A program made the position numbers and the translations under genes. A DNA stretch of 37,376 nt, taken from the NCBI GenBank assembly GCA_032718475.1, contig JAUCBJ010002467.1, forward strand, positions 1 to 37,376. The letters are read 5' to 3'. Numbering within the stretch: position 1 is the first letter of the stretch; the number at the start of each line of letters is the position of its first letter. The notes under the pieces are model-generated. The model was not told the origin of the DNA, did no database searches, and saw nothing but the letters and a program-made list of their open reading frames with translations. Source of the stretch: Nemertoderma westbladi (taxonomy: Eukaryota > Animalia > Xenacoelomorpha). This document shows, piece after piece, positions 1-11,737 of this stretch.

Positions 1-1329
1 CGGAATCCGACGACGCGGCGCACATATTGACATTTGGCGTATGTACATTTCTTACAGTAGGGAGCCACTGGGTTAAGAGTTTTTACGGTATACTTAATAT
101 GAACAAAAAGAAGAAAGTGTTGGCGATGTATCTGAAAAATAAATAAATAAACGTTGCTCTTTGTATCTCAAGTTGATTTGGATTAGGACAATGTGATACT
201 TTTAACTCCTGCAATAATTCAGGTGGTTTGATGAGACTGCTTAGGGGTGGGGTGGGGTGTGGGGGGGGGGGGGGGGGGGGTAACTGAGAAAATGTGACAA
301 AGAAATGGAAAGAAAGGCAATGTTATAGTAAATGGATTTGGGTTATGTAATACTCTGTAGCAGCTGCTGGCTCCGAGGTAACTAATTTTGTATAGCCTGG
401 GACTGACTGTCTCTGGGTAGTATATTATTGAAGACATAAGTACATGAAGGAGAGATAATGTTTACTTTAGCTTTGATTTATGTTGTCAGCCTGGGGCGTC
501 CTTCCGGTTCAATGAGTTATTGGGCAGATTTATTACATTGCAAGACTGTTTGATGCTTATGGTATATGAATCGAGGTGAAGTTATCATTATAAACATTGT
601 CAAATTAAACAGAGTTATCAGGATGGAAAACTCATTTTGTATAATGTAGTATCCTCAGACCACACCTGTGACAAAAATTGATGGATTGGGATAAATAGGG
701 CTGTAGGGTGGGAGTTGGTGTGTAAGCCGCCTATGGAATCGGAAGAATATATCAAATTGACTGTTTTAATTATAACATTGACCTGCGGAATCAATGAGAA
801 TTGTATGGAAGTAGAAATCTAATATTTATATCAAACACATGCATGGTACTGTATCCGGGGATTGCCGCCTGTCAATATGTACACGTTCTCTGAACCCAGA
901 GTTATACTGCCGTATTTGGGCGAATACGACAGGCTACTGTACTATACAGTACGTTTGTTGTGGTTAGTGACGGGTTGTTAGTATCTCATGCAAAATAAAT
1001 GTAGGACTTTGTAATTATTTTGCAAATATTGGGACCATGCATTTTCTAACTTACAGGTTTCGTTGCATTGCTTGGATCAAACTTATCCTGTATTCTATAA
1101 TGCGTGGTATTTTACTCTCCGACATCGGTAGAGGTGAAGAGGTGTGTTGTTGGTCTGCCTCTGCCTCATTGGGGCGGGGGGGGGGGGGGGGGGGGGGGTG
1201 TTGGGGCAAGTGTCAGATTTATCTATTCGTGTTGATGGTTGGTGAGGATTCTACTTCTGGCTAGGTCTGGCCTAGAGTAGAAGCAGTTCCGCGGCAATAA
1301 TAATATTGCTCCTCAAAAGAGGGCCCTTA

Positions 1330-1376
1330 CTGCATCAGGGACGCGTTTTTCGACAGAGCCCCGTCAGCTGAAACAG
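1330..1376 (-). ncRNA. Degenerate minimal hammerhead-ribozyme-like relic
   Basis: Minus strand reads CTGTTTCAG-CTGACGG-GGC-TCT-GTC-GAAAAA-C-GC-GTC-C-CTGATGCAG. Stem I arms pair at 8/9 positions and the ACGCGT palindrome is present, but the core is altered (CUGACGG, two extra A, one extra C). Confidence 0.3.
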
Positions 1377-1831
1377 CCAGTGCCGCTAGTCGGTGGGGTT
1401 GACTTGTTGACGAGAGGCTATTATGAGGCGCAATGGGATACGCATTGCGTATCTCCTTTTGTCAACCAATACTGGCCTAAGATATATTTTAAAACATTTG
1501 TTTATTAATAATGCAATAACTGAATAACCATATAACGGAAAGACAAATCGAATTGAAACTTTTAATTACTAATAATAATTGTGGTGAGAGGTGATTGGAA
1601 ATCAAGCATATATGTTATGTTATGGTAGGCAGAGGCAAATGAATTGATGTCTGTTGAGATGTATTGAAGGAGCACTATTCCTTCTACTAGACTACTACAG
1701 GTTAGGCCATGTCCTTGTGTGCTAGCCTAGGCACTGGCTTGGTCAATGACTTTAGCTTTAGCTGCCATTTTAGTAATGTACAACTTCAAGAAATATTATT
1801 GGGCACGGCTGCCCTTGTTCATGCCTTGTTG

Positions 1832-1932
1832 TCACACACACACATACACACACAGAGACTTTTGAAAAACGGCCATAGTATAATTACAGTATATCAGTTC
1901 GCTGATGGCTCGCCATTCGTGTCTCGCCCCAC
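1832..1932. repeat. Dispersed ~100-bp repeat, copy 1 (CA microsatellite-associated; near-identical copy at 3348-3451)
   Basis: gacttttgaaaaacggccatagtataatta...gttcgctgatggctcgccattcgtgtctcgccccaca occurs in both places. Confidence 0.85.
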
Positions 1933-1949
1933 ACAAAATACGCATTCAC

Positions 1950-2113
1950 GCAAACAAACAAGTAAAATTAGCCTCGAGATAGCGATAGTTTATGTGCTCG
2001 GGAAGAGAGCTTTCGATCATTTGCTCAGATTGGTGCTCGTGTGTCGGAGTGTATAGCTTGGACAGACTCACAGACTCATAGACTCACAGACAGACAATGC
2101 ATATTTATATATA
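1950..2113 (-). mobile_element. Probable non-autonomous Helitron/HINE-like fragment
   Basis: Ends in a GACA/GACTCACA microsatellite followed by TTTATATATA. The internal motifs agcctcgagatagc and gctcagattggtgctc recur at about 2883 and 3281. Confidence 0.35.
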
Positions 2114-2342
2114 ACACTAGAAACCTTCTAGTTCACAAGCTTCTATACAGTCAATCAATCAATGGACAATATCAAACATAAATAAATTAATTAATTAACT
2201 TAACAAAACTTTACATGTATAACTGCGTGTGTAACTGGAAAACTGTATAACTGCAGAGTAGTGGTTAGCGTCCTCGCAAACATAACCTATAGTGCAGTAG
2301 GTCACTGCAGCAACTCTATCGTATTAAAATGGAAGGTTGTAA

Positions 2343-2700
2343 TTTCAGACATTTCGCCCCCTAGTGGCAGACTGCCTGCCAAGTGCCAAGTATCAGCAAA
2401 AAAGCATTCATAAACAACAAAATTGTAGGTTTCCTCATTCAGACATTTCATCCCCTAATAGCGGCAGACTGGGGAACTGTAGATTGGTCATCGTCTCCCC
2501 AAGCCCAAATACACACCCTTACGGTGTAGTATACTCTGCTTGGTATCAGCAAAAAAAACATTATAAACATATTGTGTAAAGGACCTAAGTATCAGCTAAA
2601 AATCATTATTAATAACAAAATAGGATAAGATTTTCACTTTCAGACATTTCGCCTCCTAGTGGCAGACTGAAGAACCGCAAACTGGTCGGCGTCCTCCCAA
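2343..2700. repeat. Three diverged copies of TTCAGACATTTCGCCYCCTAGTGGCAGACTG (repeat-derived)
   Basis: Copies at about 2343, 2438 and 2638, each followed downstream by a GTATCAGC-like motif. Confidence 0.7.
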
Positions 2701-3347
2701 CACGCAGCTATGGTCTGGTAGAATTTATTCTGCAAAGTGTCAGCAGAGTGGTTACGATGATGCTGTTATAATTTCCTGCTTGCTGATCAGTAATTTCTCA
2801 GATAACAAAACAACTGCAGAATAATGCAATTTTACCTCAAAGACGCATTCATGCAAGTATCAAGTAAATGTGTAAAATAATCAGCCTCGAGATAGCCTTT
2901 ACAATTCATGTTCACGGGCTCAGGATGGTCTGCATCATATAGATGAACGCACATGATAGAGTCAAGATCCAACTTGTAGGATGACGGACTGACGACCTGC
3001 TAGGCCTACCTCGCTAGCACCCATCCGGTACATTGCAAAATTGAATAATTGAATCATTTTGTGTTTATGATTATAAACATTATGTGAACTGAAAAAAGCT
3101 AATCTAAGATTTACTGCTGGTTCTTACCAATGTAAGTCAAGAACCAATCACAGTAGATCCACTCCACTCTCCTGCTGGGTCCTATTTATTGAGATTACTA
3201 CTTAACCAACCCAGCCTGCTGCAGGCCACCTATGATTGGTCTGCAAGTAGCTAGCTACCTGGCTAACCGATGTATCATTCGCTCAGATTGGTGCTCTTTA
3301 GCTGAATATATTAATTTAGATTATGGCTTCCGACATTTATGGCTACC

Positions 3348-3451
3348 GACACACACACATGTCACACAAACACACACAGACTTTTGAAAAACGGCCATAG
3401 TATAATTATATCAGTTCGCTGATGGCTCGCCATTCGTGTCTCGCCCCACAC
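3348..3451. repeat. Dispersed ~100-bp repeat, copy 2
   Basis: Direct match to 1832-1932 except for a 5-bp indel and the microsatellite portion. Confidence 0.85.
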
Positions 3452-3565
3452 TGTAGGCCTATCGTAAATGATTTGGGTAATTTTAGCAGTTTTTATGATA
3501 TTGACATCAATAAATTCGACTGATGCCCAATTGGCATCATTGAGGATTTTGTGTAATTTGCAATT

Positions 3566-4495
3566 AAAACGAGCGCGAAATTGCGCAAAGGTCCGCGTCT
3601 ACTAACTCTCGAACTGTCTCCTTGAATGGCTTACTACCAAAGGTCCGCGTCTACTAACTCTCGAACTGTCTCGTTGAATGGCTTACTACCAAAGGTCCGC
3701 GTCAACTAACTCACGAACTGTCTCCTTGAATGGCTTACTACCATTAAGGTCCGCGTCTACTAACTCACGAACTGTCTCCTTGAATGGCTTACTACCAAAG
3801 TTTTGCGCCTACTAACTCACGAACTGTCTCCTTGAATGGCTTACTACCAAAGGTCCGCGTCTACTAACTCACGAACTCTCTCCTTGAATGGCTTACTACC
3901 AAAGGTCCGCGTCTACTAACTCACGAACGCTCTCCTTGAATGGCTTACTACCAAATGTTTGCGCCTACTAACTCACGAACTGTCTCCTTGAATGGCTTAC
4001 TACCAAAGTTTTGCGCCTACTAACTCACGAACTGTCTCCTTGAATGGCTTACTACCAAAGGTCCGCGTCTACTAACTCACGAACTCTCTCCTTGAATGGC
4101 TTACTACCAAAGGTCCGCGTCTACTAACTCACGAACGCTCTCCTTGAATGGCTTACTACCAAATGTTTGCGCCTACTAACTCACGAACTGTCTCCTTGAA
4201 TTACTTACTACCAAAGTTTTGCGCCTACTAACTCACGAACTGTCTCCTTGAATGGCTTACTACCAAAGGTCCGCGTCTACTAACTCACGAACTCTCTCCT
4301 TGAATGGCTTACTACCAAAGGTCCGCGTCTACTAACTCACGAACTGTCTCCTTGAATGGCTTACTACCAAAGGTCCGCGTCTACTAACTCACGAACTCTC
4401 TCCTTGAATGGCTTACTACCAAAGGTTTGCGCCTACTAACTCACGAACTGTCTCCACGAACTGAATAATAGAGGTCTCGCTACGCGGACCTAAAA
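3566..4495 (-). mobile_element. Helentron-associated (HINE/DINE-1-like) non-autonomous element carrying a central tandem array
   Basis: Subterminal inverted repeat AGGTCCGCGT (3589-3598) / ACGCGGACCT (4482-4491), terminal hairpin GCGCGAAATTGCGC (3573-3586), short IR AGGTC..GACCT at the other end, and A/T-run flanks. A second family member lies at 15498-15755. Confidence 0.7.
3590..4455. repeat. 52-bp tandem repeat, ~16-17 copies
   Basis: Unit GGTCCGCGTCTACTAACTCACGAACTGTCTCCTTGAATGGCTTACTACCAAA, starting at 3590, 3642, 3694 and onward. Confidence 0.97.
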
Positions 4496-5499
4496 GTTAA
4501 CCGTTAAGACAGTTCATCGGATAGCTTCCCTGTAGTAATAAATTTACTGTTGAAAATGAACAAATGGTACAGGTAGGCCTACATGTTATGTTACCTTCAA
4601 CCTTCACAATAAACTTACATCACCGGAATTCCTATCTTATGACGCAATTTTTAACAAATTTATTTCAGACACACCTCACATATTTTTGCTGGAGACGATT
4701 ATGTATAGTTAGTTATAGAATATATTTAGCTGTAAGATGAAATTAATAACATCCATTGTAATTATGGCATATGGTGTATTAAAGGTATTAAGATACAACA
4801 AGGAATTTAAGATTTATGTTGATGTAATGGTATATTATTGAATTATTATTTTTAAAATCAATTTAACTGTACCAAACTTCATTATCGTTACGATATAGCG
4901 CACTTTATAACTTGAAACCGGCGCAGTTCCCATTGGAATAATATTGAGTAAAAACGTTCTGGAACACACCCCTGGAGGATCGAAAATCGTGTTGATGTTT
5001 CATAAAACTCAAGTGGTGTAGAATTTGGTAACTTTTAGGAAAAACCCCAATGATGCTAGTTGTTCATCAGTCGCAATATTGATGACAACAATATTACCTA
5101 CCCGAATCAGTTAAAAACATATACTATATAGGTAGGTATATTTCTATTCAAAGTATCACAGATCTATATAGTACAGTTATAGACAGTGTAGACCTACATC
5201 ATTTATTTCAATTTTCTATATTGCGCTGACTGTTTGAATTGAAATATAGGCTGGACGGGTCACAAAACCATCACTACTTCTGGCGGGATATATCATCCCG
5301 TAAAAAATTCCAATCAATCTTAAAACAGGGACATAAATTCGACAGAAAACATAGTCAAATAGAATATTATTCATAATTCCTCTTCTATCTTCGCTTAAAT
5401 AATATTCAATAATACTATACGAATAATATAATATTCCATTGGTATCCAACACAATCAGTCGTAAAAAACCTCTAACACGTATTTCTTAAAAACGTATAT

Positions 5500-5540
5500 T
5501 TTAGTTTAATGATACCCAAATAATGTTAAACTACTTAATT
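5500..5540 (+). promoter_or_regulatory. Putative snRNA proximal sequence element (PSE) of U4 copy 1
   Basis: TTTAATGATACCCAA(A/T)TAATGTTAAACTACTT at about -63 to -31 is conserved upstream of both U4 copies, and similarity ends just beyond it. Confidence 0.55.
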
Positions 5541-5568
5541 TAAGTACAAGGGTGGAGGTTGTTTAGGT

Positions 5569-5709
5569 ATCTTTGCGCAGAGGCAGTATCGTAGCCGATG
5601 AGGTTTAACCGAGGCGCGATTATTGCTAATTGAAAACTATTCCCAATAACCCGCCCTGGGGAAACTTCGGTGGAACCAGGAGCAATTTGTGTGGGGCCCT
5701 CGGGGTACC
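5569..5709 (+). ncRNA. U4: U4 spliceosomal snRNA
   Basis: ATCTTTGCGCAGAGGCAGTATCGTAGCCGATGAGGTTTAACCGAGGCGCGATTATTGCTAATTGAAAAC matches the metazoan U4 5' half (U6-pairing stems, kink-turn). Sm-like site AATTTGTG at 5684-5691, terminal hairpin, 141 nt. Confidence 0.96.
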
Positions 5710-5814
5710 TGTATAATATAAAACAATGTACCATAACCGTCTAACTCTCTCTACCTGTATAATATACAGAGATTATCGCCTGTCCCAGAAGGTGATATAC
5801 GGTTATAAAACCTG

Positions 5815-5879
5815 AAGCAAATAAATCGTATAACTACTGAGGCCGCAGGCCGAAGTAGTTATACATGATTTATTTGCTT
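5815..5879. repeat. 65-bp near-perfect inverted repeat/hairpin
   Basis: AAGCAAATAAATC-GTATAACTACT..GGCC-GCA-GGCC..AGTAGTTATAC-(AT)GATTTATTTGCTT. Confidence 0.85.
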
Positions 5880-6898
5880 TAGTCTACAATTCCGACGCTG
5901 CCTTCCAGTCAGTCATCTTGATGTTTTTCCGTCAGTAAATGACGTCAGCGAATAACATCTAGAACGTCGGTCTAGAACTTCTATCCCATCCTTACAGCTC
6001 ATCATAGTTTCTCTTTTATCTTCATCCTGGCTTGGACGCTCCCTGCCATCCTGTTTGTTCTTAATCGCGGATGTATTTGCCGCCACGGCTTGAGTACGGT
6101 TGTTATCATCTCTCGGTAACGCTACGCTGGTGGTCCCATCAGGTATCCCTCCTACTTCCTACCGGTTGCGCCCCTCGGGACGTTTCTTATCTCGCAGGAT
6201 ATGAGCACTCATAGTAAAACCCAAAATCCACCCTGTTGTTCAATGACCACGCATCCAGGTGTCGCTGGGTATTGGTGATCCCTCCGTGCGGCGCGGTTGT
6301 TGTTACCTCCCATCAGCCTGGTGGGCGAACGGCAATTTCCTCCCAGCCAACCAAGGTTTTCCTTTATATGGAACATTCCACCTCTTTATGACATAGTCGT
6401 GGAGGGTCCTGCTGATCGTTTTATCCACCTTTACCCAGTGTCCCATGGATCCTGATTCTCCTCTCTCACCAAACTGGTTATTTCTACTGATTATACTGGT
6501 TAAATAATTATTAATTAAAATTAATGAATTGTAGACTCAGTGCCGCTCACGGCTCACTGGCCCATAATAGAAACGTGATTGGCACACGAAGTGGGCCTGG
6601 CGGCGATCTGGCAGATTGTAGGCATTCCAGCAGGCACAGCAGCAGGTGTAAAAGCTTTTGCGGACATAACAAGTCATTTTTACGCAATGCGCAGAATACT
6701 CTAAAATAGCCCTAAAATTATTCAACTACGCGTCGGAATGGAATTAGAGCCGGGATGACGAAATCTATCAGCTGATTCTCTGTGGACGTGGAGGTTTCTT
6801 TGTTCTGTCTTATTCAGCCAATCGGAGCGATTTTCACTTTACAGCTAACAGAGACCTACCTGAAAAACTCGCGCAATGCATGATGGTTATTATTTTTC

Positions 6899-8133
6899 GG
6901 CAGTGATTTTTTATGTCCTTTTATTTGACTTTTTTGTCCTCCTTTTTTTACGAATTGTGCATAATGACTTTTGTTGTCCTTTTAATGACTTTTGTTGTCC
7001 ATTTAATGACTTTTTATGTATGTATTTCTTCAAACTGTCAGACTGCTGATTTCTGGACTGTCAGACTGTTGATTTCAACATGCCAGTGCCAAAACATTCA
7101 AAATTTGTTGATTTCTGGTCTGTCGGACAGTTGGTTTCACTATGCCTGTGCCAAAACATTCCATGACTCCATGATTTATAGACTATGAGATAGAATTCCA
7201 TATGCGCCTGTAGTAAAAGACTCTAAATTTAATCGTTTGTGGTTGTTGTCGATAATCGATTACCACATGACGTAGCAAAACACTCATTTTATAGCCAAAA
7301 ACAATTACCAATTGATGGAAAGGAGCAGGTTAAGGCCGGTTTTTCTAACCAAAACAATAAACAGTCACTTTACCAAATCAGGGAAAGGAGCAGCTTGCAG
7401 AGGCGGGATTTTCTAACCAAAACAAGAAACGATCATTTAACTAATTGAGGGAAAGGAGCAGGTTACAGAGACGGGATTTTCTAACCAAAACAATAAACGA
7501 TAACATTACCAATTGAGAGAAAGGAGCATAGATTACAGAGGCGGGATTTTCTAACCAAAACAATACACAGTCACTTTACCGAATCAGGGAAAGGAGCAGG
7601 TTACAGAGACGGGATTTTCTAACCAAAACAATAAACGATAACATTACCAATTGAGAGAAAGGTACAGGTTACAGAGGGGGGATTTCCTAACCAAAACAAT
7701 AAACGATCACTTAACTAATTGAGGGAAAGAAGCAGGTTACAGAGGCGAGATTTTCTAACCAAAACAATAAACAGTCACTTTACCAAGAGGCGGGGGAAAG
7801 GAGCAGGTTACAGAGGTGGGATTTTCTAACCAAAACAACCGGTCAGCCGTTAGGCCTACCAGTACCGTATTTAAATGGTAGGCTATACAGTAGGCCTACA
7901 GCAGTACCGGTGCCGGTGCCGGTACTAAAATACAGAAATACCTGCTTTATACCTACATCTGTACATACAATACAGCAAAATAGTGCTATATATACTAATA
8001 CCGGTACTGATAGCCTGAGAGAACAGCAGTAGAGAAACCGGTAGCATGGAACCTAACATTAGATTTTTGGAGGACATAAAAATAAAAAAAACGGACAAAA
8101 AAAGGATTTAAACGGACAATAAAAATTATTGCG
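6899..8133. mobile_element. Non-autonomous Mutator/Foldback-like DNA transposon
   Basis: 9-bp direct repeat TTATTTTTC at 6890-6898 and 8134-8142. Imperfect TIRs GCAGTGATTTTTTATGTCC / GGACAATAAAAATTATTGC with reiterated subterminal TGTCC/GGACA motifs. Absent from the second copy of the host element. Confidence 0.7.
7285..7838. repeat. ~68-bp tandem repeat, ~8 copies
   Basis: Unit GGGAAAGGAGCAGGTTACAGAGGCGGGATTTTCTAACCAAAACAATAAACAGTCACTTTACCAAATCA, starting at 7381, 7449 and onward. Confidence 0.93.
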
Positions 8134-8847
8134 TTATTTTTCTGAGAATTAGATTCAGCTCAGAATTCTGTGCTTCTGTACGGAAGTTTCAGACTTTGGC
8201 CCAGGAACATCTGATGGCCTTGGTTATAAGAACGTAAATCTATTAACTTGTCATTTGACTTACTTAACTGCACATGCATTATGACTTGTAACACATATTG
8301 ACTGTTCAGCGCACTGTTTTACTTCTGTTTCATATTGTATTAATTGTTGTTTATATTAATGGATGTTATATTTGGAGAATACCGATAAATAATCATAAAC
8401 CCCTCAATCTTATTGATTACTGAGGTAAGAGGAAAAGAGTATACCGGTAGCAACTGCGACTTAAATTATAGTGGTTTTGTGTGAATTAAATGCTATTTCA
8501 TAATCCTTACGTGTGTCAGTTGCAATCCTCCTTATATATGATCAAATTCAGTGAGGGTCGGCAATTTAGTGTGAAGTAGTGTGAAGTCGTGTGAAAGTCA
8601 ATAAAGCATCTCCTAAAGAATGCGCTATTTACGAAACTCTGTGGCCATCTAGTTGTGATTATAGTATAAGTCATAACTCTGTTTTTATACTTAAAGCGCC
8701 ACGTCCTAAAGGAACTGTTAATATTTCCCCGAAAGTAAATATACTGTAGTTGTCAGAGATTATATACAGTAGTAGCGATCAATCGAATAATACAGAGTAG
8801 TCTACACCGCAATACTTCCCAGGGAACCCGAATCCAGTCTCCCCTGT

Positions 8848-10755
8848 AGAAGGTCGAGCGAACTCGGACAGTGTAAATGAGATCCTTCCAGGCTTTCCGA
8901 TTCTCCAACTACTACTAGGTCGAGCGAACTCGGACAATGGAAATGAGATCCTTCCAGGCTTCCCGATTCTACTACTACTAGAAGGTCGAGCGAACTCGGA
9001 CAGTGTAAATGAGATCCTTCCAGGCTTCCCGATTCTCCAACTACTACTAGGTCGAGCGAGCTCGGACAGTGGAAATGAGATCCTTCCAGGCTTCCCGATT
9101 CTCCAACTACTACTAGAGCGAGCGAGCTCGGACAGTGGAAATGAGATCCTTCCCGGCTTCCCGATTCTCCAACTACTACTAGGTCGAGCGAACTCGGACA
9201 ATGGAAATGAGATCCTTCCAGGCTTCCCGATTCTCCATAGTTGTCGCAATTTCATTTCTCCAAGTTCAGTATCCCTTTCAAGTTGATCTATATATGTTAT
9301 GGCCGGTCGTCCACGACTACGCTTTCCATGAGTTGGTTGCCAGAAAAGTAGATCTGGTATGACCTCGTCTTTACTTCGCCAGCAGTGCCCACTGAATCTT
9401 AATCTGCGTTCACGGAGGGTGGTTGATACAGGCGGTGTTGTACCATAAAGCTCGGCGTTTGTCATGTGCTGTCTCCAGCTGATGTTTAGGGCTGCCCTCA
9501 GTAGTCTTGTGTAGCAACCATCAATTCGTTGTTCAAATGATTTAGTCAGTGTCCAGGTCTCACCCCCGTATAAAAATACACTTTCCACTGTGGCACGAAA
9601 GAACTTAGTCTTCAGAGCCTGGAGAGATCTGATTTCCAGATGAAGCCTTTGCTTTCCTAACTTGTCCTTTTTGCTACTCTATATCCCTTGGAAGTCATCG
9701 ACCTTCCTCAGTTGATTATTATCAATGGTTGTCAAGTTTCCATCAACATTAAAGGTCATGAATTCGGTCTTGGTAGCATTTATATGCAATACAACCTCCT
9801 TAGCAGCCCTCTCCACTTTATTTAGTAGAAGCTGTGCATCTGCTAGCGTATTAGAGAGCGGCGATGTCACCCGCAAATCGATCGGTGTCCGAAGACACAT
9901 CGGTGTCTGTGACTGTAGTTGCCGGACATCTACTACAGTAGCCTACTTCTGCGTTCTTGAAGTGTGAATCCCAGATCTTCACCATTTGTGGCCGTCCTCA
10001 TTGCGTAATCCAGCACAATTACAAATAGTAATGATGCTAATGTGTCACCTTGCAGTACGCCAGCCAGGATTGAGAAAAACTCAGTTTCACCATCTAGTGA
10101 GAGTACCTGTGCTTCTGTGTCACAATATAACAATCCAATTACGCAACAATTACTTCTGGTATTCCATAAGCTCTTAGGATTTCAAGCATTTTACCTCTAT
10201 GGATGGAGTCGAATGCCTTCTTGAAGTCCACAAACGTCATGACTGCGGGGAGATTCTTTGACTTAATTCCTTCATTCAGTCTCCGTAGTGCAAGTATCTG
10301 AGCTATTGTTGATCTACTTGGTCGAAATCCGTTTTGGCTCTTACACAGAAGTTTCTCTATGTGAGGCCTAATCCTATATAGAATCATTTTATTGTATATT
10401 TTGGCAGCTACCACAAGCAGACAGACCCCACGATAGTTTGTTGGTATACCGAGGTCTCCTTTCTTGGGGAGAGGCTTTAGTTGACCTTTAGTCCAAATTG
10501 GTGGTGGCTTTCCCCTTTTTAACATCCGGTTGCAAACATTCAATAATGGTCTGTTTAGCACTCCTGTTTTCCATACCTCCGCTGGGATTTCATCTAATCC
10601 ACTCGCTTTATTATTGGACATGCTTTTAATGCTTCTTTGGAGTTCGGCAGGTGTGAAGTCCCCTGTTTCTATAGGTAGTGTCTTGTCATATATTTTCCTT
10701 GTAGGGCTGACCTCGATGTTTGGTGGCTGCCCAAGCAAGCTGCTGAAGTGAATTG
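8848..10755 (-). mobile_element. 5'-truncated, disabled RTE-clade non-LTR retrotransposon (reverse transcriptase)
   Basis: ORF pieces 10139-10738 (NYRGVCLL, QNGFRPSRST, FVDFKKAFDS), 9933-10133 (GVLQGDTLAS), 9679-9900 (LHINATKTE) and 8779-9588 (LYGGETW, RRLRFSGH, RGRP). Frameshifts and stops are present, the YADD region is disrupted, and the tail is (TAG)n. Confidence 0.93.
8852..9237 (-). repeat. 66-bp tandem repeat x6 of the RTE 3' terminus including its (TAG)n tail
   Basis: Units start at 8852, 8918, 8984, 9050, 9116 and 9182, separated by CTACTACTA. Confidence 0.93.
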
Positions 10756-11737
10756 TCTATGATATCTAGAACACAACACCTAAAACGGAAATGTTAATAC
10801 TTACCCCTTAAGTGAACATAATTGTTAGGAATTATACAATGAGAATCAATCGAATGATACATAACCAGCCCAATTCTAGTAAGCCGATATATTTCAGGCT
10901 CCCATTAAAGGTGGGTCATACGCTGCGCTAACTGATTTATATCTGATGTTAAAACGTTTGGCAAACTTAAGCAAAATTTCTGTGATAATAAAATTTGACG
11001 GTGAAAATTATCTAACTCAAAAGCGCGAACAGGTGTAAATGCAGAAGTGTAGGCGTGTGTAAGTGTCGGCGTAGCTTTTACCCCCATTTTTTATTTGGTT
11101 TTATAAATATTTTTAAACTAGTTAAAAAATTTAGAAATTGTCATTTTTATTTATAAATTTCACTAAAATATTTAGAAGAAAAAACGCTGCTCTGATATAC
11201 CGGTACAGTATTTACATATTTTAATTAAAAAATAAACTATTACCAGTATTGATTGTGAAACCTTTTCCATAAATACGTGGAAGGACGGCACATCCATTCC
11301 TAAGTTTCCATAATTACTGTACTTATCATATATAACCAAGTTCAATTCAACACAACACAGTAGTAAAGTAGTAAACTCGAACTCCATAGCATTAATCCAA
11401 ATAGGGAAATATACTGTAGATATCTATCCATAATCACTATTCATAACAAACGGACTTTGGTCAACTTCCCAGACAGGCTGTAAGCCGTACAGCAGTAGCA
11501 GTCTGCCACTCGCCACTACTGCAAGCAGCACTGCCAGTACGCAGTACAGCAGTAACCCAGCTCTGTACACTACAGCACAGCACTACATCGCATTTAAATT
11601 ACAATACTGCAATACAGCAATAGGCCTACTTCAGTACTTATTGTACCGGTACCACACTTCCTGTACTTCAGTAGGCCCTACTTCAGTACTTACTACTGCA
11701 GCAATAGGACGACTAAGCACAAACAAACCCTGAAAAT

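Larger units (their letters stand above)
6640..11040. mobile_element. Unclassified non-coding interspersed element, copy 1, interrupted by MULE-like and RTE insertions
   Basis: Segments ~6640-6898, 8134-8845 and patches of 10760-11040 are collinear with 16335-17530. Shared motifs include tctatcagctgat, gataaataatcataaa, aaagcatctcctaaagaatgcgct, gcgccacgtcctaaaggaactgtt and aaaagcgcgaaca. Ends are approximate. Confidence 0.7.

Noticed and set aside
244-1198. Poly-G tracts (about 261-280 and 1176-1198) and the ORFs spanning them
   Set aside because: Simple homopolymers. G-quadruplex potential only, with no further supporting structure.
5540-5734. ORFs overlapping U4 (also 18496-18681)
   Set aside because: Antisense to snRNA genes, with no protein similarity.
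8779-9588. 269-aa ORF as a repeat-containing protein gene
   Set aside because: It is an RTE ORF2 C-terminus frameshifted into the 66-bp terminal array.
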